This document shows positions 33,252 to 50,432 of a DNA stretch of 64,000 nt, in pieces. The stretch lies in contig OZ024745.1 of NCBI GenBank assembly GCA_964016885.1, positions 23,498,001-23,562,000 of the forward strand. The letters run 5' to 3'. The translations under genes were made by a program, and so were the position numbers. A model generated the notes under the pieces. The model searched no databases. It was not told the DNA's origin and saw nothing but the letters and a program-made list of their open reading frames with translations. Every line of letters starts with the position of its first letter. Positions within the stretch are counted from its first letter, which is position 1. This DNA is from Eledone cirrhosa. Taxonomy: Eukaryota.

Positions 33252-34524
33252 ATGGTGGCTGCCAACTCGTTTTCGAGTACGGCCACTACTTTATATCCAT
33301 GTAGGAGAACCCCCACCGATGCGCTGAACGAGTGTGACTTCTTAGTCCAGCCAGCGACTTGAAAACTCTGGTACAAACATTACACTTGTGACAATTATTG
33401 ACACATAGTGCTGGGCCCATGGTACCATGTGACGACAAGGGCAGAGAGATCTCCAGATATAAAGCAATGCCTGTGCCGTGAAGCTTTTATAGTGAGCAAA
33501 GGCACTGCACAAAGCCAGTCCCACTCTCTTAACCAAGATGATATTTACCAAAAAGAAGAACAAGTCAACATCATTGGATACCATCAGGGTTGCAGGTGTT
33601 ATATCAGAGTTTTCCTTCTCCTAGAATTCTGCCTTGACAAAGGCTAAGGGGTCATCTCTCCCAGTGATTTTGGATGGCCATTGACTCTTAAGAGCTCCTT
33701 TGCCTTTTGACAGGTTTTGTTTTTAGTCCTGCAGGATGTCCAAAGTCACCCTCCTCACCAAGAAACCTTGGTGGGGTTGCCAGTTTAGTCGCCAACGACC
33801 CGACCCTGAGACAGGTTGTACTGGGATACATGTTACCAGTAGCACCAACTGGTGACCTGACATACATACATACATACATACATACATACATACATGGTGG
33901 CTGCCAACTCGTTTTCGAGTACGGCCACTACTTTATATCCATATAGGAGAACCCCTACCGATGCGCCGAACGGGTGTGACTTTTTAGTCCAGCCAGCGAC
34001 TTGAAAACTCTGGAACAAACACTACACTTGTGACAATTATTGACACATAGTGCTGGGCCCATGGTACCATGTGACGACAAGTGCAGAGAGATCTCCAGAT
34101 ATAAAGCAATGCCTGTGCCGTGAAGCTTTTATAGTGAGCAAAGGCACTGCACAAAGCCAGTCCCACTCTCTTAACCAAGATGATATTTACCAAAAAGAAG
34201 AACAAGTCAACATCATTGGATACCATCAGAGTCGCAGGTGTTATATCAGAGTTTTCCTTCTCCTAGAATTCTGCCTTGACAAAGGCTAAGGGGTCATCTC
34301 TCCCGGTGATTTTGGATGGCCATTGACTCTTAAGAGCTCCTTTGCCCTTTGACAGGTTTTGTTTTTAGTCCTGCAGGATGTCCAAAGTCACCCTCCTCAC
34401 CAAGAAACCTTGGTGGGGTTGCCAGTTTAGTCGCCAACGACCCGACCATGAGACAGGTTGTACTGGAATACATGTTACCAGTAGCACCAACTGGTGACCT
34501 GACATACATACATACATACATACA

Positions 34525-34558
<34 letters not shown>

Positions 34559-34559
34559 C

Positions 34560-34590
<31 letters not shown>

Positions 34591-35035
34591 CATATATACA
34601 TATATACATATATACATACATACATATATACATACATACATACATGGTGGCTGCCAACTCGTTTTCGAGTACGGCCACTACTTTATATCCATGTAGGAGA
34701 ACCCCTACTGATGCGCTGAACGAGTGTGACTTTTTAGTCCAGCCAGCGACTTGAAAGCTCTGGTACAAACACTACACTTGTGACAATTATTGACACATAG
34801 TGCTGGGCCCATGGTACCATGTGACGACAAATGCAGAGAGATCTCCAGATATAAAGCAATGCCTGTGCCGTGAAGCTTTTATAGTGAGCAAAGGCACTGC
34901 ACAAAGCCAGTCCCACTCTCTTAACCAAGATGATATTTACCAAAAAGAAGAACAAGTCAACATCATTGGATACCATCAGGGTTGCAGGTGTTATATCAGA
35001 GTTTTCCTTCTCCTAGAATTCTGCCTTGACAAACA

Positions 35036-35070
<35 letters not shown>

Positions 35071-35962
35071 GGTGGCTGCCAACTCGTTTTCGAGTACGGC
35101 CACTACTTTATATCCATGTAGGAGAACCCCTACTGATGCGCTGAACGAGTGACTTTTTAGTCCAGCCAGCGACTTGAAAACTCTGGTACAAAGACTACAC
35201 TTGTGACAATTATTGACACATAGTGTTGGGCCCATGGTACCATGTGACGACAAGTGCAGAGAGATCTCCAGATATAAAGCAATGCCTGTGCCGTGAAGCT
35301 TTTATAGTGAGCAAAGGCACTGCACAAAGCCAGTCCCACTCTCTTAACCAAGATGATATTTACCAAAAAGAAGAACAAGTCAACATCATTGGATACCATC
35401 AGGGTTGCAGGTGTTATATCAGAGTTTTCCTTCTCCTAGAATTCTGCCTTGACAAAGGCTAAGGGGTCATCTCTCCCGGTGATTTTGGATGGCCATTGAC
35501 TCTTAAGAGCTCCTTTGCCCTTTGACAGGTTTTGTTTTTAGTCCTGCAGGATGTCCAAAGTCACCCTCCTCACCAAGAAACCTTGGTGGGGTTGCCAGTT
35601 TAGTCGCCAACGACCCGACCATGAGACAGGTTGTACTGGGATACATGTTACCAGTAGCACCAACTGGTGACCTGACATAAATACATATATATATACATAT
35701 ACATACATACATACATACATACACATACATACATACATATATATATACACATACATACATACATATATACACATATATATATACATATACATACATACAT
35801 ATATATATATATACATACACACATATATATATACATACATACATATATATATACATACATATATATATATACATATACATACATACATATATATACATAT
35901 ATATATACATATACATACATACATACATATATATACATATACATACATACATACATATACAT

Positions 35963-35995
<33 letters not shown>

Positions 35996-36172
35996 CACAT
36001 ACATACATACATACATATATATATATATATACATACATACATATATATACATATATATATACATATACATACATACATACATATATATATATATATACAT
36101 ACATACATATATATACATATATATATACATATACATACATACATACATATATATATACATATACATACATAC

Positions 36173-36204
<32 letters not shown>

Positions 36205-36508
36205 ATATATACATACATATACATACATACATATAGACATATACATACATACATATATATATATATATACATATACATACATACATATATATACATACAT
36301 ATACATACATACATATATATATATACATATACATACATACATATATATATATACATATACATACATATATATATACATATACATACACACACACATATAT
36401 ATACATACATACATACATACATACATACACATACACATATACATACATACATATATATATATACATATATACATATACATACATACATACATACACATAT
36501 ATATACAT

Positions 36509-36539
<31 letters not shown>

Positions 36540-36578
36540 CATATACATACATACATATATACACATACATACATACAC

Positions 36579-36609
<31 letters not shown>

Positions 36610-36714
36610 CATATACATACATACATATATACATATATATATACATATACATACATACATATATACATATACATACACATATACATACATACATATATAC
36701 ACATATATATACAT

Positions 36715-36745
<31 letters not shown>

Positions 36746-36816
36746 CATATACATACATACATATACACACATATATATACATATACATACATACATATAT
36801 ACACATATATATACAT

Positions 36817-36847
<31 letters not shown>

Positions 36848-37046
36848 CATACATATATATACATATATACATACATATACATACATACATATATACATAT
36901 ATATATACACATACATACATACATATATACATATACACATACACATACATACATACATATATACATATACATACACACACACATACATACATATATATAT
37001 ATACATATACACACACATACATACATATATACATATATATATACAT

Positions 37047-37077
<31 letters not shown>

Positions 37078-37269
37078 CACACACATACATACATATATAC
37101 ATACACACATACATATACATACATACATATATACATATATATATACATATACATACATACATATATATATACATACATACATATACATACATACATATAT
37201 ACATATACACATACACATACATATACATATATATACATACATACATACATACATACATACATACATACA

Positions 37270-37303
<34 letters not shown>

Positions 37304-37363
37304 CATATATATATATACATACATACATACATACATATATACATATATACATACATACATATA

Positions 37364-37398
<35 letters not shown>

Positions 37399-37401
37399 TA
37401 A

Positions 37402-37601
37402 NNNNNNNNNNNNNNNNNNNNNNNNNNNNNNNNNNNNNNNNNNNNNNNNNNNNNNNNNNNNNNNNNNNNNNNNNNNNNNNNNNNNNNNNNNNNNNNNNNN
37501 NNNNNNNNNNNNNNNNNNNNNNNNNNNNNNNNNNNNNNNNNNNNNNNNNNNNNNNNNNNNNNNNNNNNNNNNNNNNNNNNNNNNNNNNNNNNNNNNNNNN
37601 N
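37402..37601. other. Assembly gap (200 N)
   Basis: Run of N with a round length, suggesting a scaffold join of unknown true size. Confidence 0.98.
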
Positions 37602-37647
37602 CCTTGACAAAGGCTAAGGGGTCATCTCTCCCACATAGATACATACA

Positions 37648-37681
<34 letters not shown>

Positions 37682-37683
37682 CA

Positions 37684-37717
<34 letters not shown>

Positions 37718-37735
37718 CATATATACATACATACA

Positions 37736-37769
<34 letters not shown>

Positions 37770-39019
37770 CATACATACATATATAACATACATATATATT
37801 AAACAACGATTTGAACCATAAAAGTGTCGATTCAAAACAATTTCTAGTCAGACCATAAATCTTGTCACTCACAAAATCTGTCTATTTATATTTCGATAAT
37901 ATCAATACTTGATTTGTTTTCTGCCCCACCCCACCCCCCTTCTTATCTCACCACATCTTTCTTTCCCTTCTCTCCACCTTCTCACCTCTCCCTCTCACAG
38001 TCTTTTCAATCATTTTCAAATCGAATGGCAGCAATTCGGTCAAACTCTCTCTTGCCAGATCTCCTGCCCACCCACCCCATCTCACCCCATCCTCCACCCT
38101 CGTTCACCCCATCCTCCACCCCATCTCACCCGATCCTCCACCCCATCTCACCCGATCCATCACCCCAATCTCACCCCCATACACCACCCCGTGTCACCCC
38201 ATACACCACTCCAATCTCACCCCATCCTCCACCCCGTCCCACCCCTTCCTCCACCCCGTCTCACCCCATCCTCCATCCCGTCTCAACCCATCCTCCACCT
38301 CACTCCACCCTGTCCACCTATTCCTCTTTCTAATCTACCCCCCCCCCTCATTCTATCCTTTATCTTACCCCTCCCCCCTCTTTTCTGCTCCAATATTTTT
38401 CTCCTCTTTCTATTAAACGTCATTCATTTCATCTCCCAGCGCCGAAAATATTACCACCACCATCACCACCACCACCACCACCACCATCACCACCACCACC
38501 ACCACCACCAACACTTCCACCACCACTACCACCATCACCACTACCACTACCACATCCATTACCACCACCACCACCAACACCAACACCACCAACACCACCA
38601 CCATCACCATACCACCACCACCACTATCACCACTACCACCACTATCACCACTACCACCACCATCACCATCACCACCACTACCAGCACCACCACCACCACC
38701 ATCGCCACCACCACTACCACCACAATTACCACCACCACCATCACCACCACTAACACCACCACCACCACCACCACCACTACCACTACCACCACAATTACCA
38801 CCACCGCCGCCACCACCACCACCACCACCACCACCACCATCCACCACCACCACCATCACCACCATACCACCACCATCAAACACACCCCTAAGTCTGGTGA
38901 TAATTACTTTATCACTTCTAACGTGCCGATAACTTGTCTTCGTCAGTGCCACACTAAAATGCCAGCAGAACTCAGCACCGCTATCAGAGTCACCACACCG
39001 TCACCACTACACCACACCA

Positions 39020-42000
39020 TTACACCACACCGCCACCACACCACCACCACCACCACTACACCATACTACACCACACCACACCACAATACACCACACTACA
39101 CCACACCACACTACACCACGCCACACTACACCACACTACACTACACCACACGACATCACGCCACACTACACCACACCACACTACACCACACTACACCACA
39201 CCACACCACACCACACTACACCACACTACACACACTACACCACACTACACCACACTACACCACACCACACTACACCACACCACACCACACTACACCACAC
39301 TACACCACACTACACCACACTACACTACACACACTACACTACACCACACTACACCACACTACACCACACCCACTACACCACACCACACTACACCACACCC
39401 CACTACATCACACCACACCACACCACACTACACCACACCCCACTACACCACACCACACCACACCACACCACACCACACCACACCACACTACACCACACTA
39501 CACCACACTACACCACACTACACTACACCACACCACACCACACTACACCACACCACACTAACCACACCACGCCATACTAGACTACGCCACATCACAACAC
39601 GACATCTGAAACTACACCACCTACCGCTTTTATCTTCCCCCACGACTCCACCACCCCACGACTCCACCACCCCACGACTCCACCACCCCACCACCCCACC
39701 ACTCCACCACACCACACCACATATTTCCACAGTATCGGTAGAGGGTCGGACGCCATGCTTTGACGCATAGAGTTACGGCCCTTGCCATTCTGAGTTCAAA
39801 TCCCGTCGAGGTTAACTTTGTCTTTCATCCTTACGGGGTCGATAAAATAAAGTACCAGTAATACACTGGAAAATTGCTGGCCTTGTGCCTCACGTAGAAA
39901 CAATTATCTTTCTCTACACCCCACCATTCACTATATACACACCACATACTTCCACATCCATATCACCTATACACTCCACCACACCTATACTACACCACAT
40001 CACATCTCACACCACACTCCACCACACCTATACTACACCATATCACATCTCACACCACACTACACCACACTCCACCACACCTATACTACACCACATCACA
40101 TCTCACACCACACTCCACCACACCTATACTACACCATATCACATCTCACACCACACTACACCACACTCCACCACACCTATACTACACCACATCACATCTC
40201 ACACCACACTACACCACACTCCACCACACCTATACTACATCACATCACAACATACCACACTACACCATACTACACTCCACCACACCTATACTACAACACA
40301 CTACGCCACACCATACTACACCACACCTATACTACACTCCACCACAACTATACTACACCACATCACATCGCACACCACACTACACCACACTCCACCACAC
40401 CTATACTACATCACATCACAACACACCACACTACACCATACTACACTGCACCACACCTATACTACAACACACCACACCATACTACACCACACCTATACTA
40501 CACTCCACCACACCTATACTACACCACATCACATCTCACACCACACCATACCATACTATACCACACCTATACTACGCCACATCACATCTCACACCACACT
40601 ACACCACACTCCACCACACCTATACTACACCACATCACATCTCACACCACACCATACCATACTACACCACACCTATACTACACCACATCACATCTCACAC
40701 CACACTACACCACACTCCACCACACCTATACTACATCACATCACAACTCACACCACACTACACCACACCTATACTACACTCCACCACACCTATACTACAC
40801 CACATCACATCTCACACCACACTCCACCACACGTATACTACACCACAGCACATCTCACACCACACCATACCATACTACACCACATCTATACTACACCACA
40901 TCACATCTCACACCACACTACACCACACTCCACCACACATATACTACATCACATCACATCACGCCACACCACACCATTCTACACTCCACCACACCTATAC
41001 TACACCACATCACATCTCACACCACACTACACCACACTCCACCACACCTATACTACACCACATCACATCTCACACCACACTACACCACACTCCACCACAC
41101 CTATACTACACTCCACCACACCTATACTACATCACATCACAACTCACACCCCACTACACCACACCTATACTACACCACATCACATCGCACACCACACCAT
41201 ACCATACTACACCACACCTATACTACACCACATCACATCTCACACCACACTACACCACACTCCACCACACCTATACTACATCACATCATAACACACCACA
41301 CTACACCATACTAGACTCCACCACACCTATACTACAACACACCACACCACACCATACTACACCACACCCACACCTATACTACACTCCACCACACCTGTAC
41401 TACTACACCACATCACATCACATCACCACACTACACCACACCATACTACACCACACCTATACTCACTCCACACTACACACACTCACACTCACACCACACT
41501 ACACCACACTCCACCAACACTACACCACCACCTACACTCACCACACCTATCTACACCTCACTCACACCACACCTACACCACACTCACACACCTACTACAC
41601 CACACTACACCACACCACACTACACCACACCATACTACACACACCACACCTATACTACACTCACACACACCTACACACATCACCACACTACACCACCCAC
41701 CTACACTCACCTATACTACATCACACCACACCTACACCACACTACACCACACCTATACTACACCACCACACTACACACACACCACACTCACACCACACTA
41801 CACACATCACACTCAATCACATCACACCACTCACCACACTACACTACACCACACCTACTACTACACCACACCATACACACCACACCTACACCCACACTAC
41901 ACACCACACCACACCACACCACACATACACACACTACACACCTATCTACACACATCACACTCACACCACACTACACACCACACCTACTACTCCACACTCA

Positions 42001-45000
42001 CATCTCACACCACACCACACTACTACTCCACACCACACTCACACACACACCACACCACACTACACCACACTACTCACACCACACCTATACTACACCACAT
42101 CACAACTCACACCACACCTACACCACCACACCTACACCACACTACACCACACCACACTACACTCACACACCACACCATACTACACTCCACCACACCTATC
42201 TACATCACACCACACACTCACACCCCACTACACCACACCTATACTACACCACATACATCTCACACCACACCAACACCATACTACACCACACCTATACTAC
42301 ACCACATCACATCTCACACCACACTACACCCACCTACCACACCTATACTACATCACACACAACTCACACCACACTACACCACCTATACTACACTCCACCA
42401 CACTATACTACACTCCACCACACCTATACTACACTCCACCACACCTATACTACACCACACACCTATACTACACCACATCACATCACCCACACCACCACAC
42501 CTATACTACACCACATCACATCTCACACAACACCATACCATACTACACCACACCTATACTACACCACATCACATCTCACACCACACCATACCATACTACA
42601 CCACACCTATACTACACCACCACATCACATCTCACACCACACTACACCACACTCCACCACACCTATACTACATCACGCCACACCATACTACACCACACCT
42701 ATACTACACTCCACCACACCTATACTACACCACATCACATCTCACACCACACTACACCACACTCCACCACACCTATACTACACCACATCACATCTCACAC
42801 CAGACTACACCACACTCCACAACACCTATACTACACCACATCACATCACACCACACCACACCATACTACACTCCACCACACTTATACTACACCACATCAC
42901 ATCTCACACCACACTACACCACACTCCACCACACCTATACTACACCACATCACATCTCACACCACACTACACCACACCAATACTACACCACATCACATCT
43001 CACACCACACCATACCATACTACACCACACCTACACTACACCACATCACATCTCACACCACACTACACCACACTACACCACACTCCACCACACCTATACT
43101 ACATCACATCACAACACACCACACCACACCATACTACACTCCACCACACTTATACTACACCACATCACATCTCACACCACACTACACCACACTCCACCAC
43201 ACCTATACTACACCACATCACATCTCACACCACACTATACCACACTCCACCACACCTATACTACACCACATCACATCTCACACCACACTACACCACACTC
43301 CACCACACCTATACTACACCACATCACATCTCACACCACACTACACCACATTCCACCACACCTATACTACACCACATCGCATCTCACACCACACTCCACC
43401 ACACTACACCACACTATACCACACTCCACCACACTACACCACACTCCACCACACCTATACTACACTCCACCACACCTATACTACACAACGCCACATCACA
43501 TCTCACACCACACTACACCACACCTATACTACACCACATCACAACACACCACACCACACCATACTACACCACACCTATACTACACTCCACCACACCTATA
43601 CTACACTCCACCACACCTATACTACACAACACCACATCACATCTTACCACACCACACTAAACCACACTACACCCCACCACATGACACTCCACTCCACCCC
43701 ACACTACACTACACCCCACCACGTCAAACCACACTACATCACACTACACCCCACCCTACACCACATCATATCACACACTTCCACACCCCACACTACACCA
43801 CATCATATCACACATTTCCACACCCCACACTACACCCCACCCTACATCACATCATATCACACACTTCCACACACCACACTCCACTCCACCCCACCCCCCA
43901 CTACACCCCCACCCCACCAAACTACATCCCACCACCCCACACTACACCACATCATATCACACACTCCACACCCCACACTCCACCCCCAAATCACACTACA
44001 CCCCACCCTACACCACATCATACCAGACACTTCCACACCCCACACTACACCGCACCCTACACCACATCATATCACACACTTTCACCAGATTTCTACTCTG
44101 TGAGCCAACGCAGGAGGAACATTTACGCGTTCGTTTGACCTACAAGAAATAGCAGCCAAATCTCACTCAAAACTCACCGCCATCTCATCTATTGGGCGCC
44201 TACCTAAACATCATGAATCTCAAAAATACGACGAGATGGACATGGCTGGATTGCTTTTTGATCATAGGTTTGTCTGATTAGAGTTGCCAACACACTTCCA
44301 CAACAGATCACATCATATCACACCGCAACACCCCACACCACACTAAACTACATTACACCACACCACACTGCACTACACTACATCACACCACACTACACTA
44401 CACCACACTACATTGCACTATACCACACTACACTACACCACACCACACTACACCACACCACACCACACTACACCACACCACACTACACTAAACCACACTA
44501 CACCACAGTACACTACACCACAGTACACTACATTGCACCACACCTCACTACACTACACCAAACGACACCACACCACACCACACTACACTACACTACACCA
44601 CACTACATTGCACTATACCGCACTACACTACACCACACCACACTAAACCACACCACACCACACTACACCACACCTCACTACACTACACCAAACGACACCA
44701 CACCACACCACACTACACCACAACACACTACACTACACCACACTACACTACACCACACTACACTACACCACACCACACTACACCACACCACACTACACCA
44801 CACCACACTACACTACACCACACTACACCACAGTACACTACATTGCACCACACCTCACTACACTACACCAAACGACACCACACCACACCACACAACACTA
44901 CACTACACCACACCACACTACACCACACCAGACTACACCACATCACACTACACCACACTACACTACACCACACCACACTACACCACACCACACTACACCA

Positions 45001-45355
45001 CACTACACTACATTACACTACACTACACTACACTACACTACACTACACTACACTACACCACACCACACCACACCATACTACACTACATTACACTACACTA
45101 CACTACACTACACTACACTACACTACACTACACTACACTACACTACACCACACCACACTACACTACACTACACTACACTACACTACACTACACTACACTA
45201 CACTACACCACACCACACTACACTACACTACACTACACTACACTACACTACACTACACTACACCACACCACACTACCCCACACCACACTACCCCACACCA
45301 CACCACACCACACCACACCACACTACACCACATTTCACAACACTACACCACACCA
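39020..45355. repeat. Pentamer-based C/A-rich satellite field (CACCA/CACTA/CATCA/CCTAT), interrupted by a SINE and short unique segments
   Basis: Simple pentamers at 39020-39570 and 44320-45355; higher-order variants at 39960-43660; register becomes irregular at about 41400-42400. Confidence 0.9.
39730..39907 (+). mobile_element. tRNA-derived SINE
   Basis: Family sequence. Confidence 0.9.
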
Positions 45356-45376
45356 TACACACTGTTAGCACTAAAA

Positions 45377-45413
<37 letters not shown>

Positions 45414-45644
45414 GCTACTGGTGCTGCTACTACTACTACTACTGCTACTATTACTACTACTACTACTACTACTACTATTGCTACTCCTGCTGCTGCTGCT
45501 GCTACTGCTACTACTACTACTACTACATATTATTATCATTTTCATCCAGTAGAGCGGGTGAGGAGGGTGGTGGTAGGGAGGTAAATCATCCCCCCCTCCC
45601 CCACACCCATCGTCACCTTTCTCTCCACATTTCCATGTCACCCC

Positions 45645-45920
45645 TATAACCCTACGAAGCTAACTCTAACCCCAGCCCTAACCCCAACAAAACCCCAACC
45701 CCAACCCCAGCGCCAACCCCAACCCCAACCCTAACCCCAACCCTAACCCCCCAGCCCTAACCCCAACCGTAACCCCAACCCCAGCGCCAACCCCAACCCT
45801 AACCCCCCAGCCCTAACCCCAACCCTAACCCCAACCCCAACACCAGCCCTAACCCCAACCCTAACCCTAGCCCTAACACTAACCCCAACCCAATCCTAAC
45901 CCTAACCCAAACCCTAACCT
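45645..45920. repeat. Degenerate telomere-like tract (CCCTAA/CCCCAA/CCCCAG)n
   Basis: Many CCCTAA hexamers interleaved with variants. Confidence 0.8.
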
Positions 45921-47299
45921 TATACTTTGTTCAATCCCCACCTACATCTAAAAGGACCCCCTTCCTCCCTATACGCTATCTCTTACTCTCCCATCCCTCT
46001 CTTTCCTCTCCCTCACCCCTCTCTCTCCAGTCACTATTTATCTCTCCGTCTTTGTCTCTGACACTCTTCTCTCATTATTTCTATCTCACCCTCTCTTTCC
46101 TTCCTTCCTTCTTTCGGCTCCGTGCTGTCACACCATTTTGTATTCTCCCTATGCCGTGGCTGCCAACACCACCACCACCACCACCACCACCATACCACCA
46201 CCATCGTCACCACCACCAGCGCCACCATACCACCACCACCACCACCACCACCGCTGCCACCAACGCCACCACCAACGCCACCACCACCACCATCATTACC
46301 ACCACCATCATCATCGCCATCATCACCATCACCACCACCACCACCAACAGCACCACTACCACCGCTACCACCACCACCAACACCACCACCACCAACAGCA
46401 CCACTACCACCGCTACCACCACCACCAACACCACCACCACCAACAAAACAAGATTTCCCCTCCAACACCACTACCACTACCACTACCCCCCCCCCCCCCC
46501 ACCACTACCACCACCACCGCTACCACTACCACTACCACCACCACCACCACTACCACTACCACCACCACCACCACCACCACCACCACTACCACCACCACTA
46601 CCACCACTACTACCACCACCACTACCCCTACCACTACCACCACCACCAACACCACCACCACTACCAGCACTATACCACCTCCACCAACGCCACCACCACC
46701 ACCACTACCATTACCAACACCAACACCACCAACACCACCACCACTACCACCACTACTACTACCACCACCACCACCACCACCACCACCACCACTACCACCA
46801 CTACTACCACCACCACCACCACCACCACCACCAACAACAACAACAGCAACAACAACATTTACCCTCCAACCATATTCTGAAAAAAAGTAAAAAACAACCC
46901 TATAAAACCTAAATAGATAAATAGCTAAACACATAAAATTAGTGAAAAGAAGAAGAAAAAATAAAGATAAAGAAATCTAACAAAACAACACGATGACACG
47001 CATACATACACACACATATATATATATACATACACACACACACAGATCCACACACATATACACACACATAGATTCACACATATATACATACACATATACA
47101 CACCCACATACACGTATTCACACATATACACATATATACACACATTAAAAGCGAAAAAATATAAAGCGAACATATATATATATTTCTCTCTCTCTATATA
47201 TATATATGAATACACACACAGACACAAATATATATATATATATATACATATATGTATGTATGAATATCTTTGCATCTCTATATATATACCAATACCACC

Positions 47300-47330
<31 letters not shown>

Positions 47331-47458
47331 TGTGTGTGTGTGTGTGTGATTGTCCGTATGTATGTGTGACTGTGTGACTGCGTGTGTGTGTGTATGTATG
47401 TGGGTATGACCGTGTATATATATATATATATATGTATATATACCCCACAAGTACAGAC

Positions 47459-47522
<64 letters not shown>

Positions 47523-47704
47523 CACAAAAAAGCAATAATCAAAGATAAATAAAAATAAATATATATAAAAAGCAAGATTATAATAAATAAAATAAGAAAT
47601 AGAAGGTTAAAAACAAATAAATAAGATGGCACCACCCGTGTACGTGAGAATCGATAAGAGTGGTTGTGAGATAAATGAATTGAGGGTGGGAGTTGGAACA
47701 CCTA

Positions 47705-47767
<63 letters not shown>

Positions 47768-47840
47768 CATACATATATATATATATACATATACATACAT
47801 ATATATATATATACATATACATACATACATATACATTCAT

Positions 47841-47905
<65 letters not shown>

Positions 47906-47944
47906 CATACATATATATACATATACATATATATATATATACAT

Positions 47945-47997
<53 letters not shown>

Positions 47998-48018
47998 CAT
48001 ACATACATATACATACAT

Positions 48019-48063
<45 letters not shown>

Positions 48064-48196
48064 CATATACCTACACTACCACATATATACACACTGTTAC
48101 ACAGTTAGTCATACCCACATACATACACACACACACACGCAGTCACACAGTCACACATACATACGGACAATCACATACACACACATATATATATAT

Positions 48197-48249
<53 letters not shown>

Positions 48250-48286
48250 TACATACATATATATATATACATATATACATACATAC

Positions 48287-48323
<37 letters not shown>

Positions 48324-48360
48324 CATTCATATATATATATATACATATATACATGCATAC

Positions 48361-48391
<31 letters not shown>

Positions 48392-48444
48392 CATATATAC
48401 ATACATATATATATATATATATACATATATATAAATATACATAT

Positions 48445-48475
<31 letters not shown>

Positions 48476-48496
48476 CATACATACATATATATACAT

Positions 48497-48542
<46 letters not shown>

Positions 48543-48547
48543 TTATA

Positions 48548-48615
<68 letters not shown>

Positions 48616-48914
48616 CAGACAGACATTGAAATACACACGTATATACAAACTTAAAGACACATACACTTACAAACACACACACACACAAACACACACATTT
48701 CCTTCCAATAACGATAAAATCAATAGTTTTTAACGGTTTCGTTGTTATCTGGTTCGACAAACACACACACACATACACAGATACACATATATACACACAA
48801 ACATACATACACAAATACAAACATACACATATATACACTTACACACACAAATACAAATAAACAACCACACGCATACGCACGCAGCGCTCACAACACATAC
48901 ACGCGGGTTTTTTT

Positions 48915-48999
<85 letters not shown>

Positions 49000-49000
<1 letters not shown>

Positions 49001-49220
49001 CAGGCATTGCTTTATATCTGGAGATCTCTCTGCCCTTGTCGTCACATGGTACCATGGGCCCAGCACTATGTGTCAATAATTGTCACAAGTGTAGTGTTTG
49101 TACCAGAGTTTTCAAGTCGCTGGCTGGACTAAAAAGTCACACACGTTCAGCGCTTCGGTAGGGGTTCTCCTACATGGATATAAAGTAGTGGCCGTACTCG
49201 AAAACGAGTTGGCAGCCACC
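49000..49220 (+). mobile_element. 5'-truncated copy of the RTE-type non-autonomous element
   Basis: ACAGGCATTGC...TTGGCAGCCACC; reverse complement of the 3' part of cluster units. Confidence 0.88.
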
Positions 49221-50141
49221 GTATATATATATATATATATATATACCTACATATATATCTATATACATATGCATACATACTAATTTATCTATTTCTAGAT
49301 ACGCATATATATGTATATGTATGTATATATATATATATATATATATATAGTAGAATAATCGAGAATCGGAATATCAGCCCCCGAAATCACGATAAACAAT
49401 ATCCGATATATGTGGCAGAGGGCTCAATAATTTGGAAAAATCAGAGCTATAACTATCGTTAAAATACCAACACATAGAGATCATGCCTAAAATCACCCGT
49501 GCAGCCGAAAAAGAACGACCAGGAAGATTCGGGTCACTCAAATAAAATATCAATAAATTAATAAATTAAATGAATGTAAAAAACTCACCCGGACCCGCTA
49601 GAAAGATGTTAAATCTAGCTTCTTGGGTTTCTGCAATTCCTTAATCCAATCACTATCAGCCCACATCAAAAATATATAAGACTTCTAGAGAAGTGATGAA
49701 CGCGGAAAGGCTTCTTCAACGAGTATTTCGTTCCATAATACAGAGAGGACCCAAAGCCAAAAAACGCACATGGTATTCAGCAAGGGAGGGAACCCCTATA
49801 TTAGCGAAAGAATTCGGTGATGTGTAAATTATGTAAGAATACAAAATATCACATATCGAATCAGAGTGCTCAACAGACATGTTAAAATAAACAAGAGCTA
49901 TTCATCAGTTAATAAGATCAACAAAAAATCATCAATAAAATTAACTGGTCAATAGCTAAGGTCTAGAGCTATATATATATATATTAGAAAGTGTGTTTTT
50001 TTTTACAAAATGAAAAATGACCGAGGTGTCCTACACGAGTGAAAGTATAAAGAAAAAAAGATGAAATCGAAAATGCAACTGGAGTCTTATTTAAAAAAAT
50101 ATATTTATATTTATTTATATATATATACATATATATACATA

Positions 50142-50265
<124 letters not shown>

Positions 50266-50363
50266 TGTATTTATGTATGTGTACGTGTTTACGTGTGTAT
50301 ACACAAACGTTATACATGAACACCTAAACATGTTCACATATACATGTTTATATTTCAAATTAA

Positions 50364-50432
50364 CTGACAGGAAAGTATACGGTGCTGATGACAGCTAATA
50401 AGCTAGAAACTAGTTCATCGTTCCTTTGTCAG
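50364..50432 (+). ncRNA. Type I hammerhead ribozyme motif with long stem I
   Basis: CTGACA-GGA..ACGGTG / CATCGT-TCC-TT-TGTCAG stem I, CTGATGA (50385-91), stem II AGCT-AATA-AGCT, GAAA (50406-09), palindromic ACTAGT, triplet GTT. Confidence 0.8.

Larger units (their letters stand above)
30092..37633 (-). mobile_element. Head-to-tail cluster of a ~610-bp non-autonomous RTE-type retroelement: A 30092-30767, B 30786-31191, C 33252-33861, D 33894-34503, E 34644-35033, F 35069-35676, G 37602-37633, separated by (CATA/TA)n
   Basis: 5' part has GGAGAAGGAAAACTCTGAT, a motif I associate with RTE 5' UTRs; 3' part encodes [25 protein letters not shown] (C2H2-like RTE C-terminus); 3' end CTCGAAAACGAG hairpin plus (ATGT)n; no RT or endonuclease. 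Confidence 0.8.

Noticed and set aside
33290-33410. C2H2 zinc-finger host gene array
   Set aside because: Single finger remnant inside a repeated retroelement unit, with no TGEKP linkers and frame disruptions between copies.
30942-37872. Long YI/HT/MY/CV ORFs
   Set aside because: Translations of TA/CA/CATA microsatellites; one runs across the N gap.
38915-38952. CTGACGA on the minus strand as a hammerhead core
   Set aside because: No GAAA box or supporting stems.
41400-42400. Scrambled satellite as a distinct biological domain
   Set aside because: Dense small indels within an otherwise regular array look like low-quality consensus; cannot be judged without reads.
45645-45920. True telomere or chromosome fusion site
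   Set aside because: Short, highly degenerate, single orientation and flanked by ordinary sequence.
37909-46912. His-, Pro- and Thr-rich ORFs resembling extensin, formin or mucin
   Set aside because: (ACC)n and pentamer repeats open in several frames at once; no domain or codon structure.
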